64,000 bases of DNA from Tubiluchus corallicola (GCA_030141605.1 JAQGDQ010000243.1:275654-339653), one strand, 5' to 3'. Positions 13,401 through 26,194 are shown, numbered from the stretch's first letter. Notes: a model not told the origin generated them from the sequence alone. Numbers and translations are program-made.

Positions 13401-16400
13401 GCGTAATCATTTCGTGTTCCTTCATACTTTTGTGTTCTAGAATTCTCGCTTAATAAACTAGTTTAATTTGACGAAGTGTTTTCTGGTTTTCTCTACGAGC
13501 CTTCCGAGAGAAACAAAACACAACAACTACTTTTCTTCGAAGAACAAATTCGGTCAGTTTCATGAAGCACAAAACTTTCAGTGTTGAATGCAAAAACATA
13601 AAAAAATATTCGCAAGGAACCTTTTTTGATGTGCAGTTTCCATAGCAACTCATGAGAGCACTTATACCATTCAATATACTTATACCTGATACACTGAAAG
13701 TGAGAAATGTCATTTAAACACACCATATATGCTTATTTAAAACAATGGATGTTGGCCTTTGGGAGACAGTTGTTGCCAGTGATTGATCTATTCCTGAGCC
13801 TCACAAATTCATTTGTTCGTTAAGTTGAAAATTGAGTAATAACTTACTTACATGAATCATATTTTTGTAAATAGAATTCATTCATTTATTTAATAACGTC
13901 ATTATAAAACATTTGTAAATTTTTTTCTTGCTTTGGTCTTCGTTCTTTCAGGCAGTATTGCTACAGTAACTGTAAATGCAAGTCCAGCAGCATTCTTACT
14001 ACATCATTGCTTACGATGTTGTTGTTAAAGAAACTATCAAACAGGGATAAGAATTTTCCGCAGATGCGCGGAATTCCGAGTTTTTGGAAGACCAGTAGTG
14101 CCATTTTTGTAAGTCGCGTAAATTCGTTGAGAAAATTTTTCGGGGTTGAACCTCATTTTCGTCGAAATCGTAACCGAAACTTTCAGTAGCATTTTTCGAG
14201 GTATTTATCCAGCTTACCTTTTATCTCCTAGGTGTATCGCTGAAAAATTTTGGCTAAAATAGTTCAAATAAAGCGTAAATATCGTTTATTTGATAATCTG
14301 TACGATTTGTAGCATGGCTTTTACGGCAATGCGGCATAACTTCATTGCTGAAAAATGTGAAGCTTTGAGGCCTCCAGACACAAACAACCGAAATACCAAA
14401 GCGTAATTTGAATAAAACCAAATTTAATTTTATAATTTATGAAATATAGGCAACAAAATATATACAAAATAAAATTTGTTAATATTTTGAAGCTTCACGA
14501 TCATGTGTATCATGTATCCTTGATAGTTGGGTATTTTATTTGGGCATGAAACAAGGTATTTGATATTTTAAGTCCACTTAGAGGCTCTCTATGGTCACAA
14601 AATTGCAATTTGTCGCTGGGTGTGCTTTGCCCCTCACCCCATTGGGGGCCTAGGCGGCTCCAAAACCCCCCGCCTGTTTCAGAGTTTTTTGCAATTTGTC
14701 ATTCTCATCCCTGATCAAAGCTGCAGTGGTTACTAAAAACATTGTCAGCATAATATCTAGCCTGCATTTTCCGTATTTTCTCGAATAAAACCAGGCTAAA
14801 TGTTTTGTTGCCTAACAGAATTTCACAGCTTGTCTCACGAACGAAGCCAATAAGTATAATAAGATTGCTATCTTTTAAATTTGATTTTAATTTAAAAACT
14901 TTGTAAAACTATTAAAACTGTAAAATGTTTAAGGCTTTACTTAGTAAGAAAAACAATGTTAATGCAATTGTTGCATTATGTTTATGACATGTGAAACAGT
15001 AATAATTTTTTGTCTTTGTTTTTCAGATTTCCTCATATAGTCGTACACTCTAGGTTTATTGATGGCCATTTATATCTCATGAAAAAATCTGTGATTGATT
15101 TTTTAGTGCTGAACAAGTAAGTGATGTCATTTTTTGTACAATATTTTTCATTCATATGATTGCTTTTTTAGCATTTTTCTTCATTTAATTTTGCACTTTT
15201 TAATGTCTGATTTTACACTTTCTAGGGTTAGGGTTAGGGTTGGGTTAGGGTTAGGGTTAGGGTTGGGTTAGGGTTGGGTTAGGGTTAGATTAGGGTTGGG
15301 TTAGGTTAGGATTAGGTTAGTTAGGTTAGGGTTGGGTTAGGGTTAGGGGTTAGGGTTGGGTTAGGATTAGGGTTGGGTTAGGGTTAGGGTTAAGGTTAGG
15401 GTTAGGGTTGGGTTGGCTTGGGTTAGGGTAAGTCTGACACCCTGTAATACTTGATCTAGCACACAGCATCAGAGTCCAGTTAATATAGATAGCTGTGGCA
15501 GAACTGTAACCTAACAGATTATCAATGATAAACGCTTAAGGTAATTCAAGAAAAGAAATCAGTAGCACCCATTTTGAATAGAGACATGATTTATATCACA
15601 AATGATGTTTCTTATATATGCATTTTAATGAATTATTGTATTTGTTTCAGGAATATAAGTAGTATCAAAGGTGAACTAATACCTTGCTTAGTCAAGCAAC
15701 AATTCTCTCATAACAAAAACAAGTCACAGCAGTCAAAAGACGAATCCAATACTGTTGAAGCATTGAGAGGTATCGATAAAATATTGAAAAATATTTGGAA
15801 GCCTTTATAAGAGTACTTTGAATTGAAAATTTATTGGGTGATTAATGTGAAAAACTGTTTGCTAGAGATTTAAGTTGTTTTGATCACTTGCCATGTGAAT
15901 GCACAATAATATATATCAATTTTAGAAAATAGCATTGTACTTATAGCAGTGATAAAGTGTTTTTGATGTTGCATTATAGTGTAATACCTTTGCTTATTGA
16001 TTCGGTTAACAATCTTGAAAGCTAGTCATTAACATTTGCCTCCATGCCAGTTACTTTTTGCATAAAGCAAAGAACAAGTACCCACTTAACAGCAATCTTG
16101 TACAGTTTTTGCTTTTACATTAGCTCTTATATACTACTGACACACAATGTTGTTCTAATTTCAGCTGACTCATTTAGTACTCCGGGAGATCCGTTACTAG
16201 AATTTGCTCTGAAAATGTCCACTTCAGCGGTCTCACAAGTCGGCAAAGATATAAACAATGTCAGGTGCTATGCACATGTCATGAAAGATGGTCTCTGTAT
16301 ACGGGCAAACACCTTAGCCGCATATTCGGAAATAAACAGACAGGTGAGTTTGTTCTTAACCTCTGTTTTCTGTTTGTGTGATATATATCTGTGAGTTAAA

Positions 16401-19400
16401 TAACAATTCAAAGTAATGATAAATACTATATTATTGTAAACTTCCACTCTATATATTTAAATGTGCGAGATTGCTGTAGAATTTTCTATTGTTTTGTGTT
16501 GTGAGCGCGCGCAGGAGAGTATATTTAAATGTGCAAGAATGCTGTAGAATTTTCTATTGTCCTGTGTTGTGAGCATGCGCAGGAGAGTATATTTCAATGT
16601 GCGAGATTGCTGTAGAATTTTCTATTGTTTTGTGTTGTGAGTGCGCGCAGGAGAGTATATTTAAATGTGCAAGAATGCTGTAGAATTTTCTATTGTCCTG
16701 TGTTGTGAGCATGCGCAGGAGAGTATATTTCAATGTGCGAGATTGCTGTAGAATTTTCTATTGTTTTGTGTTGTGAGTGCGCGCAGGAGAGTATATTTCA
16801 ATGTGCGAGAATGCTGTAGAATTTTCTATTGTCCTGTGTTGTGAGCATGCGCAGGAGAGTATATTTCAATGTGCGAGATTGCTGTAGAATTTTCTATTGT
16901 TTTGTGTTGTGAGCACGCGCAGGAGAGTATATTTAAATGTGCGAGTTTACTGTAGAATTTTCTATTGTCTTGTGTTGTGAGCATGCGCAGGAGAGTATAT
17001 TTAAATGTGCGAGTTTACTGTAGAATTTTCTATTGTCCTGTGTTGTGAGCATGCGCAGGAGAGTATATTTAAATGCGCGAGTTTGCTGTAGAATTTTCTA
17101 TTGTTTTGTGTTGTGAGCACGCGCAGGAGAGTATATTTAAATGTGCGAGATTGCTGTAGAATTTTCTATTGTTTTGTGTTGTGAGCACGCGCAGGAGAGC
17201 ATATTTAAATGTGCGAGATTGCTGTAGAATTTTCTATTGTCTTGTGTTGTGAGCATGCGCAGGAGAGTATATTTAAACGTGCGAGATTGCTGTAGAATTT
17301 TCTATTGTCTTGTGTCGTGAGCATGCGCAGGTGAGTATATTTAAATGTGCGAGATTGCTGTAGAATTTTCTATTGTCTTGTGTTGTGAGCATGCGCAGGA
17401 GAGTATATTTAAATGTGCGAGATTGCTGTAGAATTTTCTATTGTCTTGTGTTGTGAGCATGCGCAGGAGAGTATATTTAAATGTGCGAGATTGCTGTAGA
17501 ATTTTCTATTGTCTTGTGTTGTGAGCATGCGCAGGAGAGTATATTTAAATGTGCGAGATTGCTGTAGAATTTTCTATTGTCTTGTGTTGTGAGCATGCGC
17601 AGGAGAGTATATTTAAATGTGCGAGATTGCTGTAGAATTTTCTATTCTCTTGTGTTATGAGCATGCACAGGAGAGATTAAAATGGGCTCAGTTCAGTAAA
17701 AGCCGTGTTTTAATTTTTATCCATTCTCTTATCTGTTTATTGGGCGTTCAAACACATCTTCATTATTCACAATTTGCTTCGAGTTTTTCAGAGGCATGTA
17801 TAATCTATCCAGTTTTTTGTTCACTACGACCAGTTTCTTTTTCCTAATGTGACCCTTTTTTATAGACATATAACTTAAACTGTTAAAAATCGTTTTCTGT
17901 ATAGTTGGTGTGCAGGAAGCTTAACATACTATGTTTGACAGTTACCTTGCAGTTATAGATATAACATAGTCGTCATGAAAAATATGTGTTTTTAAGCATT
18001 TCCAAGGTAATTTACTATCCATGGTAGAATTTGCAAAATAAATTGGGTTCAAACTAAATTGCTTTTCACATAAACAGTTTGATTTGTCTCAGTTTCACAC
18101 TATCAAACTGTTCACACACAACGGTCAGTCAGTTTTACTCGACTCATAACAGCAAAAGGAAGCAGCTAATAGACAACAAAACTGCTAATTATTTTTTACA
18201 GAGCTAAACTGCTGAATTTTTCTTTCTACAGATCAGCAAATTCCTGGCTTTGTGGTTGACTGAGAAGCAATCACTTGTACATCAGTCTGCTAAAGTCGAG
18301 TCTAAATCTCAGGTAATCACACGGAATCGTAGATCTGACCTTATTTGGTTTTGCAGTGCCACTTGTTGACAAGATGAGATTATCATACCTTCTTACTGTC
18401 TATTTTGCTAATTATGTAACATTATAGTTGTTGCTGATTAAAGGACAAGAAAAGGGGTACTTTCTGAAGTAGGTTTCAGAAAAATCGCCTTGAAAATTAT
18501 ATTACTTCATAGCAATTTTATGCGTATGTCTTATTCGCACTGAAAGGAATTTTAGTTTGTTTTCATTTTAAATCTCCCGCAGTACTGTTCCGAAGTCGCC
18601 ATTACATGACGTCATGCATCAAACGTAAATCAAGGGAAGAAAAGGCAATGTTAAATTATGTCTCAAAAGACTTTCTGTGCAAATCTATATTACTTTGATT
18701 TTCGCTTACCTGCTAGAAAGACTTATGTAACTAGAAAAGAAAATTATTAATTATTTAAAATGTTTTCACCAATTGGTAAAATGTCGCTGACTCACCCTCC
18801 AGGGTGCACCACTCAGTAACCAAAAAATGTATTTTTAATCTTATTGACAAGATACAGTAATTTTAAATTTTGTTTAGTTAGTGACTTGTGCTCTACGAAT
18901 GCTCTGATTATTTTTTCAAACTTTACAAAATGATATCTAAACTTCTTTCAAATGACCTGTCGTGAAAATGGCTGCGTCTAACGGTCATCGCGGGAGTTTA
19001 AATTTACATGTTTTATACAGCGTGACTGCCGATTGAAGTCCTGTATGCAAAAAGGCAGTATGTAAGCGATATATAATTTCAAAATGAATTTTTCAAGCTT
19101 TATGTTTATGAAGGGTTTTCTTGTGCTTTAACAATGTTACTGTTGTTGTTATTATTATTATGTATAGTAACTAGTAACCTTATCGGTCAGATTCCCTCTG
19201 TCCAAAATATGTTCTAAAAATAATCATGTGAAATTTGCTACGATGTTTTCAAAATGACAGTCTTAAGCCTTTATCAAAATACAGTGTTCGTAATCAGTAT
19301 ATAAGAATTGTTGCATAATATAAAAAAGGAGAATCCATTGTATATCTATAATGTACCATTGTGTAGAATCTTATGGCACCTAAGGACCCTTGTGCTTTTG

Positions 19401-22298
19401 TAAATGCATCCTCAAAACGACAACGTCTAGAATGAAACTATTAGCATTTACAGGGATGAGAATTTTCCGCAGATACACGGAATTCCGAGTTTTTGGAAGA
19501 CCAGTAGTGCCATTTTTGTAAATCGCGTAAGTTCGTTGAGGAAATTTTTACGGACCCAGTACATTATTTCACAAGCTGACTGCTAGTTGGCCGGCCGTCA
19601 CTTTGTTTACGTCACGTACATCAGTGTAACCACGTGTGTATCTCTATGTATAAAAAATATAGAATCAATTGTGCTGAGTTATCTGAGTCAATTGTAGACA
19701 GTTTTTATATACTTTTGCATAGGAGCACCCAGTACTTAGGCGTTTTTGAGACAACTAGGTATCATGTATCCTTGATAGTTGGGTATTTTAAATTATGCAT
19801 GAAACAAGGTAATTGATATTTTAAGTCCACTTAGAGGCTCTCTATGGTCACAAAATTGCAATTTGTTGCTGGCTCCCCTTGAACTCCATTGGGGGCCTAG
19901 GTGGCCCCAAAACCCCCAGCCTGTTTCACAGTTTTTTACAATTTGTCATTCTCATCCCTGCATTTAGTGGCCTCATTATCGCCCCATTAAAACAGCTTGA
20001 AAATGTTTTAGGTTGGTCAAGACTGCATGATAGGGGATGGCACTGCTATACAAGAGAAAGCATCTGTGAAAAGATCTGTAATAGGGAAGCACTGCAGCAT
20101 CGGAGAGAAAGTGAAAATTGCCAATTCTGTTATTATGGATCATGTCATCATTAAGGAAGGGTAAATTCTGTTCATATTTATGTTTGCTTACTCATATTTA
20201 CTTATGTTGTCTTCAGGGATCATTGTTCGCATCAAAGCAGAAAACCCCGATGGCAACAAGTACTCCGATTCCCAGGGAAGACAAAAGCAGTACTATTGCA
20301 GCAGACTCCTGTCTTTAAAAAAGCATTTAAGATTTGCATTTTTAAGATGGTGGCGACTGTCTGTTTTGGTAACAATTTTATCGTTTTCACGCTTTTTTTG
20401 TCTAGGCTTATATTTATGCCATTCGTATGCTTGAAGCAAAAAAGCAAAGATAATAGATGATTTTGTACTATTCAAACAATGCTACAACTTTCACGTTACA
20501 ATTCTGGAAAGTTGTTTTTCTTAATGACACGTAATTTTGCCCAAGGCCATGTGTTCACCAAAAGTGGATAAATCCTGATTCATCCGGACTTTTACAGATG
20601 TATTTTTCCTACAGAAAATTATGTCCACTGACTTCATTGATAATTAAAACAAAAATTGCTATAGATAATCCTGGAAAGCTATCTACTGCCCATTTGTATT
20701 TTCTTTTTTAAAATTTTTTGGAAATTTCTTAAAATGCCGAAAACTCGTGAAATAGAAAAAATGGTTGTTGTACTTTAATTAAGTGTAACTGAATTCCAGG
20801 TTTCTTATTCTAAATTGTCAATACCTTCAACTGTATGTTCTATGCTTGCTTCAGTCCAAGTTGATCATACGAAGTCTATTTCAGTATTTTGGGTAACTTT
20901 TATTGTAAAGTGGCCTTACATTTGCTCATAAATTCTTATGGCCTCGTCTGAACACTAGAGTCAGCGACAAAAAATGAGATATGTGGGGTGTTTTGTCCGC
21001 AATGTTCATAAAAATTCCGCCACAGTAGAAAATCTATTTTTGTGAATGTATGCAGACAAAAACGTATTAGTTCGTGTGAAAGCAGTGCACACAAAAAATG
21101 CAAAGTTATTGATTTCGATGCCTTATGTTTAGAATGGAAACTTTCCGTCTAAAAACCGGCTTGTTTTTACGGATCGCTCTGGATTTAGTGGACACGCATC
21201 CTAAGAGGAAGCTCGTTATAAAGGCATAAGTGTAACTTAAATTGTTTTGATGTGTAAAATTTAGAAAACCATAGAACATTTGTCTAAGAAATTTTTGTTT
21301 TTTTATAGAAGCAGTTTACAAAACTGCATAATTGGTCACAATGTGCATATAGATGAAAAAGCTGAATTAAAAGACTGTCTAGTTAGTGCAAAACAGCAAG
21401 TGAATGCAATGGGTAAGTACTGATTTTCTTATTTGCTCACTTATTTTTGATCTTTCTATTGGTGCAGATAGCCGGACAGACAATTTCAGCTAACCACAAG
21501 TATGTACGCTTGAGTTTTATTTTTGTAGTTATTTTAAAAATTTACTGAATTCATGACTTGTAGTTTAAACTGACTTGTGGTACATTGGAAAAACCAATAA
21601 AAAACTCACAGTAGAGAAATTGAACTCAACAGCTGTAAAAAAGTACTTCTGATCCATAACTGGTTTTCCTGCTGTCGTGTTGTTAATGATATTTTGCGCT
21701 TATTGTTTTGCACTGTATATTCTACGCGTTTGTTTATTTGAAGTAGTCTTCTGATTTCCACCCAGTTTTTTATGCTCCCATCGCGTTGTTGTGCTGTCAC
21801 CTGCTGAACATTCTACTTTACATCTTCTTTACAGTATATCTGTTAAAGAATCTCATTTATGGCAGTGCATTCATATTGAACAGGAATTTATGCGAAATCA
21901 CGAAACCGCAAAATAGTGTAAACAGTTCAACACTTTGACACTTTGCAAGCCGGAATTCATGGCATACTGTTCTTGATGTACGTGGTTGTGCCTAGACTGC
22001 ATCTTCACTCATCACTCATCAAAAATGAGATTCTAAGATAAAACATTAGACTTGTATTACCCACTTCTAGATGTACAAGCCTTCACTAATTAGTTATTTC
22101 CTTCACTCATACCTTGTATGATAAAAAGTGTAATATTCAGTACCTACTTGTAATTCATTGCAGAATTCAGTTTACTATGTTTTCTATAACAGTTCATTAA
22201 AAACTAACAGTGAGGTCTTATTTTTGTACTTTACAGCAAAACTTTCCCATGAAGCTGTGGTGGACATAGACAGACTGATGGAATTCGATCTCACATGA
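10438..22298 (+). CDS. EIF2B3: Translation initiation factor eIF2B gamma subunit; join(10438-10585,11118-11272,12335-12503,12965-13073,15027-15116,15651-15769,16165-16343,18232-18312,20012-20160,21309-21412,22237-22298), 454 aa
   Basis: N-terminus [28 protein letters not shown]; GTADSLR; [10 protein letters not shown]; C-terminal left-handed beta-helix repeats ([23 protein letters not shown]); ends [13 protein letters not shown] introns with consistent phases (1365 nt). Confidence 0.95.
13157..13525 (+). mobile_element. Solo LTR (BEL/Pao- or Gypsy-like)
   Basis: TGTTGTG...CACAACA termini, 5-bp TSD ACTAC on both sides, internal TATA and AATAAA. Confidence 0.88.
14042..14713 (-). mobile_element. 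Same MITE family, longer variant with a different internal segment
   Basis: TIRs CAGGGATAAGAAT/ATTCTCATCCCTG; TSD ATCAAA. Confidence 0.9.
15223..15428 (+). repeat. Interstitial telomere-like (TTAGGG)n with TTGGG/TTAGG variants
   Basis: ~205-bp tract in EIF2B3 intron 5. Confidence 0.9.
16450..17676. repeat. 68-bp minisatellite, ~18 copies
   Basis: Unit GAGAGTATATTTAAATGTGCGAGATTGCTGTAGAATTTTCTATTGTCTTGTGTTGTGAGCATGCGCAG. Confidence 0.95.
18442..19127 (+). mobile_element. Non-autonomous Kolobok-like DNA transposon
   Basis: TTAA flanks, TIR AGGACAAGAAAA/TTTTCTTGTGCT; highly similar to 4896-5576. Confidence 0.8.
19451..19960 (-). mobile_element. Same MITE family
   Basis: TIRs present; TSD CATTTA; empty-site paralog at ~25177. 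Confidence 0.92.
20544..21203. mobile_element. Probable degenerate MITE
   Basis: Imperfect TIRs AGGCCATGTGTTCACCAAA vs TTTAGTGGACACGCATCCT. Confidence 0.4.
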
Positions 22299-22337
22299 AT
22301 AGCGAATTTTCCAATATTTATCTGCAAAAATTATTCT

Positions 22338-22738
22338 TGTAATAAAATTGTCAATTGCCATTGAAATAATACTGTCATTGACTTCAGTGCTAACTGTAAT
22401 AAAATTGTCAATTACCATTGAAATAATACTGTCATTGACTTCAGTGCTAACTGTAATAAAATTGTCAATTGCCATTGAAATAATACTGTCATTGACTTCA
22501 GTGCTAACTGTAATAAAATTGTCAATTGCCATTGAAATAATACTGTCATTGACTTCAGTGCTAACTGTAATAAAATTGTCAATTGCCATTGAAATAATAC
22601 TGTCATTGACTTCAGTGCTAACTGTAATAAAATTGTCAATTGCCATTGAAATAATACTGTCATTGACTTCAGTGCTAACTGTAATAAAATTGTCAATTGC
22701 CATTGAAATAATACTGTCAGTGATTTCAGTGCTAACTG
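22338..22738. repeat. 57-bp tandem repeat x7, each unit containing AATAAA
   Basis: AATAAA at 22341, 22398, 22455, 22512, 22569, 22626 and 22683. Confidence 0.95.
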
Positions 22739-22959
22739 CCTTCTACCTGCTTTTTAGTCACTAAGTAATTCAGAAACACAATTCAAACATAGCTCACCTT
22801 GCTAGACGTAAGCTAGACGACCAGGTGCATGGGTAAAATCCTTGTCATGTTTATTACGATCATCACTTTTCTAATGGGTGATCTTACTTGAGTGATCGTT
22901 GGCCATGTGTGGGGCAATTTGTAAAAAATATTGTGCATTTCCTACTATGACAATGCAAT

Positions 22960-23455
22960 TGGTTGGCATCCTTCTGTCTCGGAAGACAATGGAGTGTGCG
23001 CCAAAAGAGTCAGTTATTGATCACATTGATGGAGCTGCAGCGTCCACTGTGGCTGAGCAGTGCGATCCTTGAATGTCTTCAGGGCGCATGCCTGGACAAG
23101 GTGTATGGAGATCCTGAGTTGCCCAGACAATAGGAACCCCCTCTCTTCCTCCCTGGTGTAGTCCAAAGGAAAGCGGAGCGATGCGTTTGGCACCAGGTTG
23201 GCTGCCGGAGTCAGTGAGCATGCTGGACTGGTCCGCCTTCGGAGCTCCACTCCTGACTTGGAAGGTTTACTTCTCTACACGTGGCCATTGGGTCACATGA
23301 CCTCCTCCGCCCTCTAGCCGTTGGCTGCTTGTGCAGCTCCTCCGCCTAGTGTCGAGATACAGTGTGGGCATCCCGCAAGTACTAACCAGGCTCTATGTTG
23401 CTTAACTTCGGTGATCAGACGAGAACCGGTGTTTTAACGTGATTTGGCCATAGTC
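22960..23455 (-). mobile_element. 5S rRNA-headed SINE (SINE3-type) with RTE-like body and 3' tail
   Basis: The minus strand starts with ~80 nt of 5S rRNA (ACACCGGTTCTCGTCTGATCACCGAAGTTAAGC..GGTTAGTACTTG). A GC-rich body follows and ends CTCCATTGTCTTCCGAGACAGAAGGATGCCAA. Flanked by direct repeat AATGCAAT. Confidence 0.8.
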
Positions 23456-23999
23456 AATGCAATATGCAATAGCTATTAGCAGTGTGGGTCTGTCAAATCA
23501 AGTTAGCAAAAACAATGTTTTTAATGTGGTATTAGTCTAAGTGAATGAAACATGTGGTGCAATACATGTGCATTCTTCAGCCAAATTACTTCGTAAACTA
23601 ATGTAGGTGAAAAGGAACTCATCATTGGCAATCTTATCGACGCCAATCTTGCCATTATACTGACAATGATGATTGTGGTGATGATGACGACGACGAATAA
23701 TACTGAGCTACATTTCAAGAAATAGAAAACCGTAACCGTGTCCTACTGTTGCATATATTACACGGCTCTAATGTGGCTTTGTATTATAAAATGGATAGAT
23801 GGTACCTTTATGCTTGTAAAATCCGAACAGTGAATTAACTTAATTTTTACTAGGCTTTTTAATACATGTACATACCTCAATTTCAGCAAACTAGCCAGGA
23901 TCAATAGAATTGTTTTTTTATTATTTCTATTAATACCATTGTTATTGTTGTTGTTTTTGTTGGTGTTGTTGTTGTTGTTATTGGTGGTGGTGGTGTTGC

Positions 24000-24036
<37 letters not shown>

Positions 24037-24659
24037 TATTATAATATTATGATAATATATAATAATAATAATAATAATCTTTTATTTATCTTGCAACACA
24101 CGCACAGATACAATACAATTAATTTGGAAACAAAAATGTGAAGAAAGGGCAGCGAAAGACCAATTGGTCATCTAGTCAGCTGCCCTTTGGTTAGTGATGA
24201 ACATTTTTATAAGCGCTATGCTACAGTGTATTAGTGTTAGTACTGCTTATAATAAAAATTTAATTGTTACGAATGACATTAAATTGATATGCTTATAACG
24301 TGTTAATACAATTCATACATTTATTATTATATTATATTATATTATAAGGACATATCTAAAATACGTAACAGTATAAAACAAAACACATTGCTAAAACTAC
24401 ACCGTGTTTGTTTGCATAAACAAAAAAACATCTTCCAGAAGTCAGTTAAAGTGTTTTGCCATAACTCAAAAGTTCGATCTAAAAAATTTCGCTCAAAAAA
24501 GTTTCCTTTTGCATAGCTTTTCTCTTGGCATATTAAAGGGTTGGTGTATTAATAAGGACGTCGACTGACGTTGCAGCGAGTAAGAATATTGAAGCTCTCA
24601 GTCATATTATTACTAGTCTCTCGTACTCTAAGTCACTGGAGTCGCAAATCCTAGCAGGG

Positions 24660-24800
24660 TAGACAAATCAGTGACTCACGTTCCGCACGTGTGATGACTC
24701 ATAATACTCTACTGGGCTTCCCTAAGTTCACACGGCATTCCCTGGAAGCATGCCAGCAATGAAAGTTAACTTCACTTGCCTGGACGTCGTGACTCAGCGG
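24660..24800. promoter_or_regulatory. AP-1 site cluster, putative c-Jun upstream enhancer
   Basis: TGACTCA at 24672, 24695 and 24790, CACGTG at 24686 and STAT-like TTCCCTGGAA at 24738, in a locally GC-richer island. Confidence 0.6.
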
Positions 24801-24933
24801 CAGGCTAACCGGCGCTGTGTGTGATAAACGCTAGGCGGGAGAGATCCCAGGGCAGGTGTTTGCAGTTTAACTGATTATAGTCAGTAGTTTGTTCAGAATC
24901 TTTGGCAATGTGGCGCTTAGTTTTTATTAGGAA

Positions 24934-25262
24934 ATTCCCTCTGTCCAAAATATGTTCTAAAAATAATCATGTGAAATTTGCTGCGATGTTTTCAAAATGA
25001 CAGTCTTAAGCCTTTATTGAAATACGGTGTTCGTAATCAGTATATAAGAGTTGTTTCATAATATAAAAAAGGAGAATAGGTTGTAATATCATGTAAAATT
25101 TTATTATAGCACCTAAGGAGCCTTGTGCTTTTTAAATGCATCCTCAAAACGACAACGTCTAGAATGAAACTATTAGTATTTAGTGGCTTCATTACCGCCC
25201 CCTTAAAACAGCTTGAAAATTTTTTAAATTGGTCAAGACTGCATGATAGCCGATGATAGGGG
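24934..25262 (+). repeat. Local duplicate of EIF2B3 intron 8 / exon 9 start
   Basis: Matches 19191-19450 plus 19967-20034 without the intervening MITE. Confidence 0.9.
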
Positions 25263-26194
25263 AAATTTACATTTATCCTGAAAATATTGATTTGTTGACA
25301 GATTTCGTCTTTGTTCTAATGGCTGAGGTACATGAATTATTTTGCTTAATCTTGTTATGGAAATAAATAAAGCATTTGCACTATGACAGGGAGCATATTA
25401 CAAGTCCGTACACAAGCTGTAACGATCTATGATCTACGGTATGTGATAAGTTACGTACATGAGCTTACTAATAATTCATCTATTTGAAAATAGTACGAGC
25501 ATTTGCTATTATATATATAAATATAACAGCAAATGCTCATGCTATTTTCAAATAGCTCATAATAATAATTCATTTTTAAGGGCACTAAATGCTTTTTTCA
25601 TTTTGAGACATTTCCATTAAAAATTCGCCTAATTAAAACATGATTGTAATGCTTTGTCCAATTCAAGCTAACACATACATTATTATTGTATTCACGTGGA
25701 TTATAAATTTAAAAAATTGCAGCCTTGTGGCGCTTTCAAATCTATCGTTTGTAATAGATTTTTTACATATTTGAAAATTTTTTACATAATGTAATAGATG
25801 TATTTTAATAGCGACAATCTTATGACATTATAAATGTTAATTATAGGGAACACAACTTAAAAATCATAAAAATATAAATTTTCATTGAACTATTTTTACT
25901 TATCACGACAAAATCATCATAAATTAACCGCTTTTCCCAAATTTATGCTTTTGGTATTTTTCATTTGTTTACTTAACTTCCTAGGTGCATTAGAGTACTT
26001 TCTAACATGACTACATGTACTATAATTATACCCGAGCTTACGTTTTTACCGAATTGAGATTTCAATTTTCTTGTAATGTCATTCTGTTTTTTAAACGTTC
26101 TTGCGACAATAAATTAGCTAAAACCTGTTACCGTCGCGACGGTTTACGGGGCAGTATAAACTAATGTAAACATTGCACAGCATATTACTCATAC

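Noticed and set aside
22218-22764. ORFs with 19-aa repeats on both strands
   Set aside because: By-product of the 57-bp tandem repeat in the EIF2B3 3' region.
23014-23250. 78-aa and 66-aa ORFs
   Set aside because: They lie inside the SINE body and have no recognisable domain.
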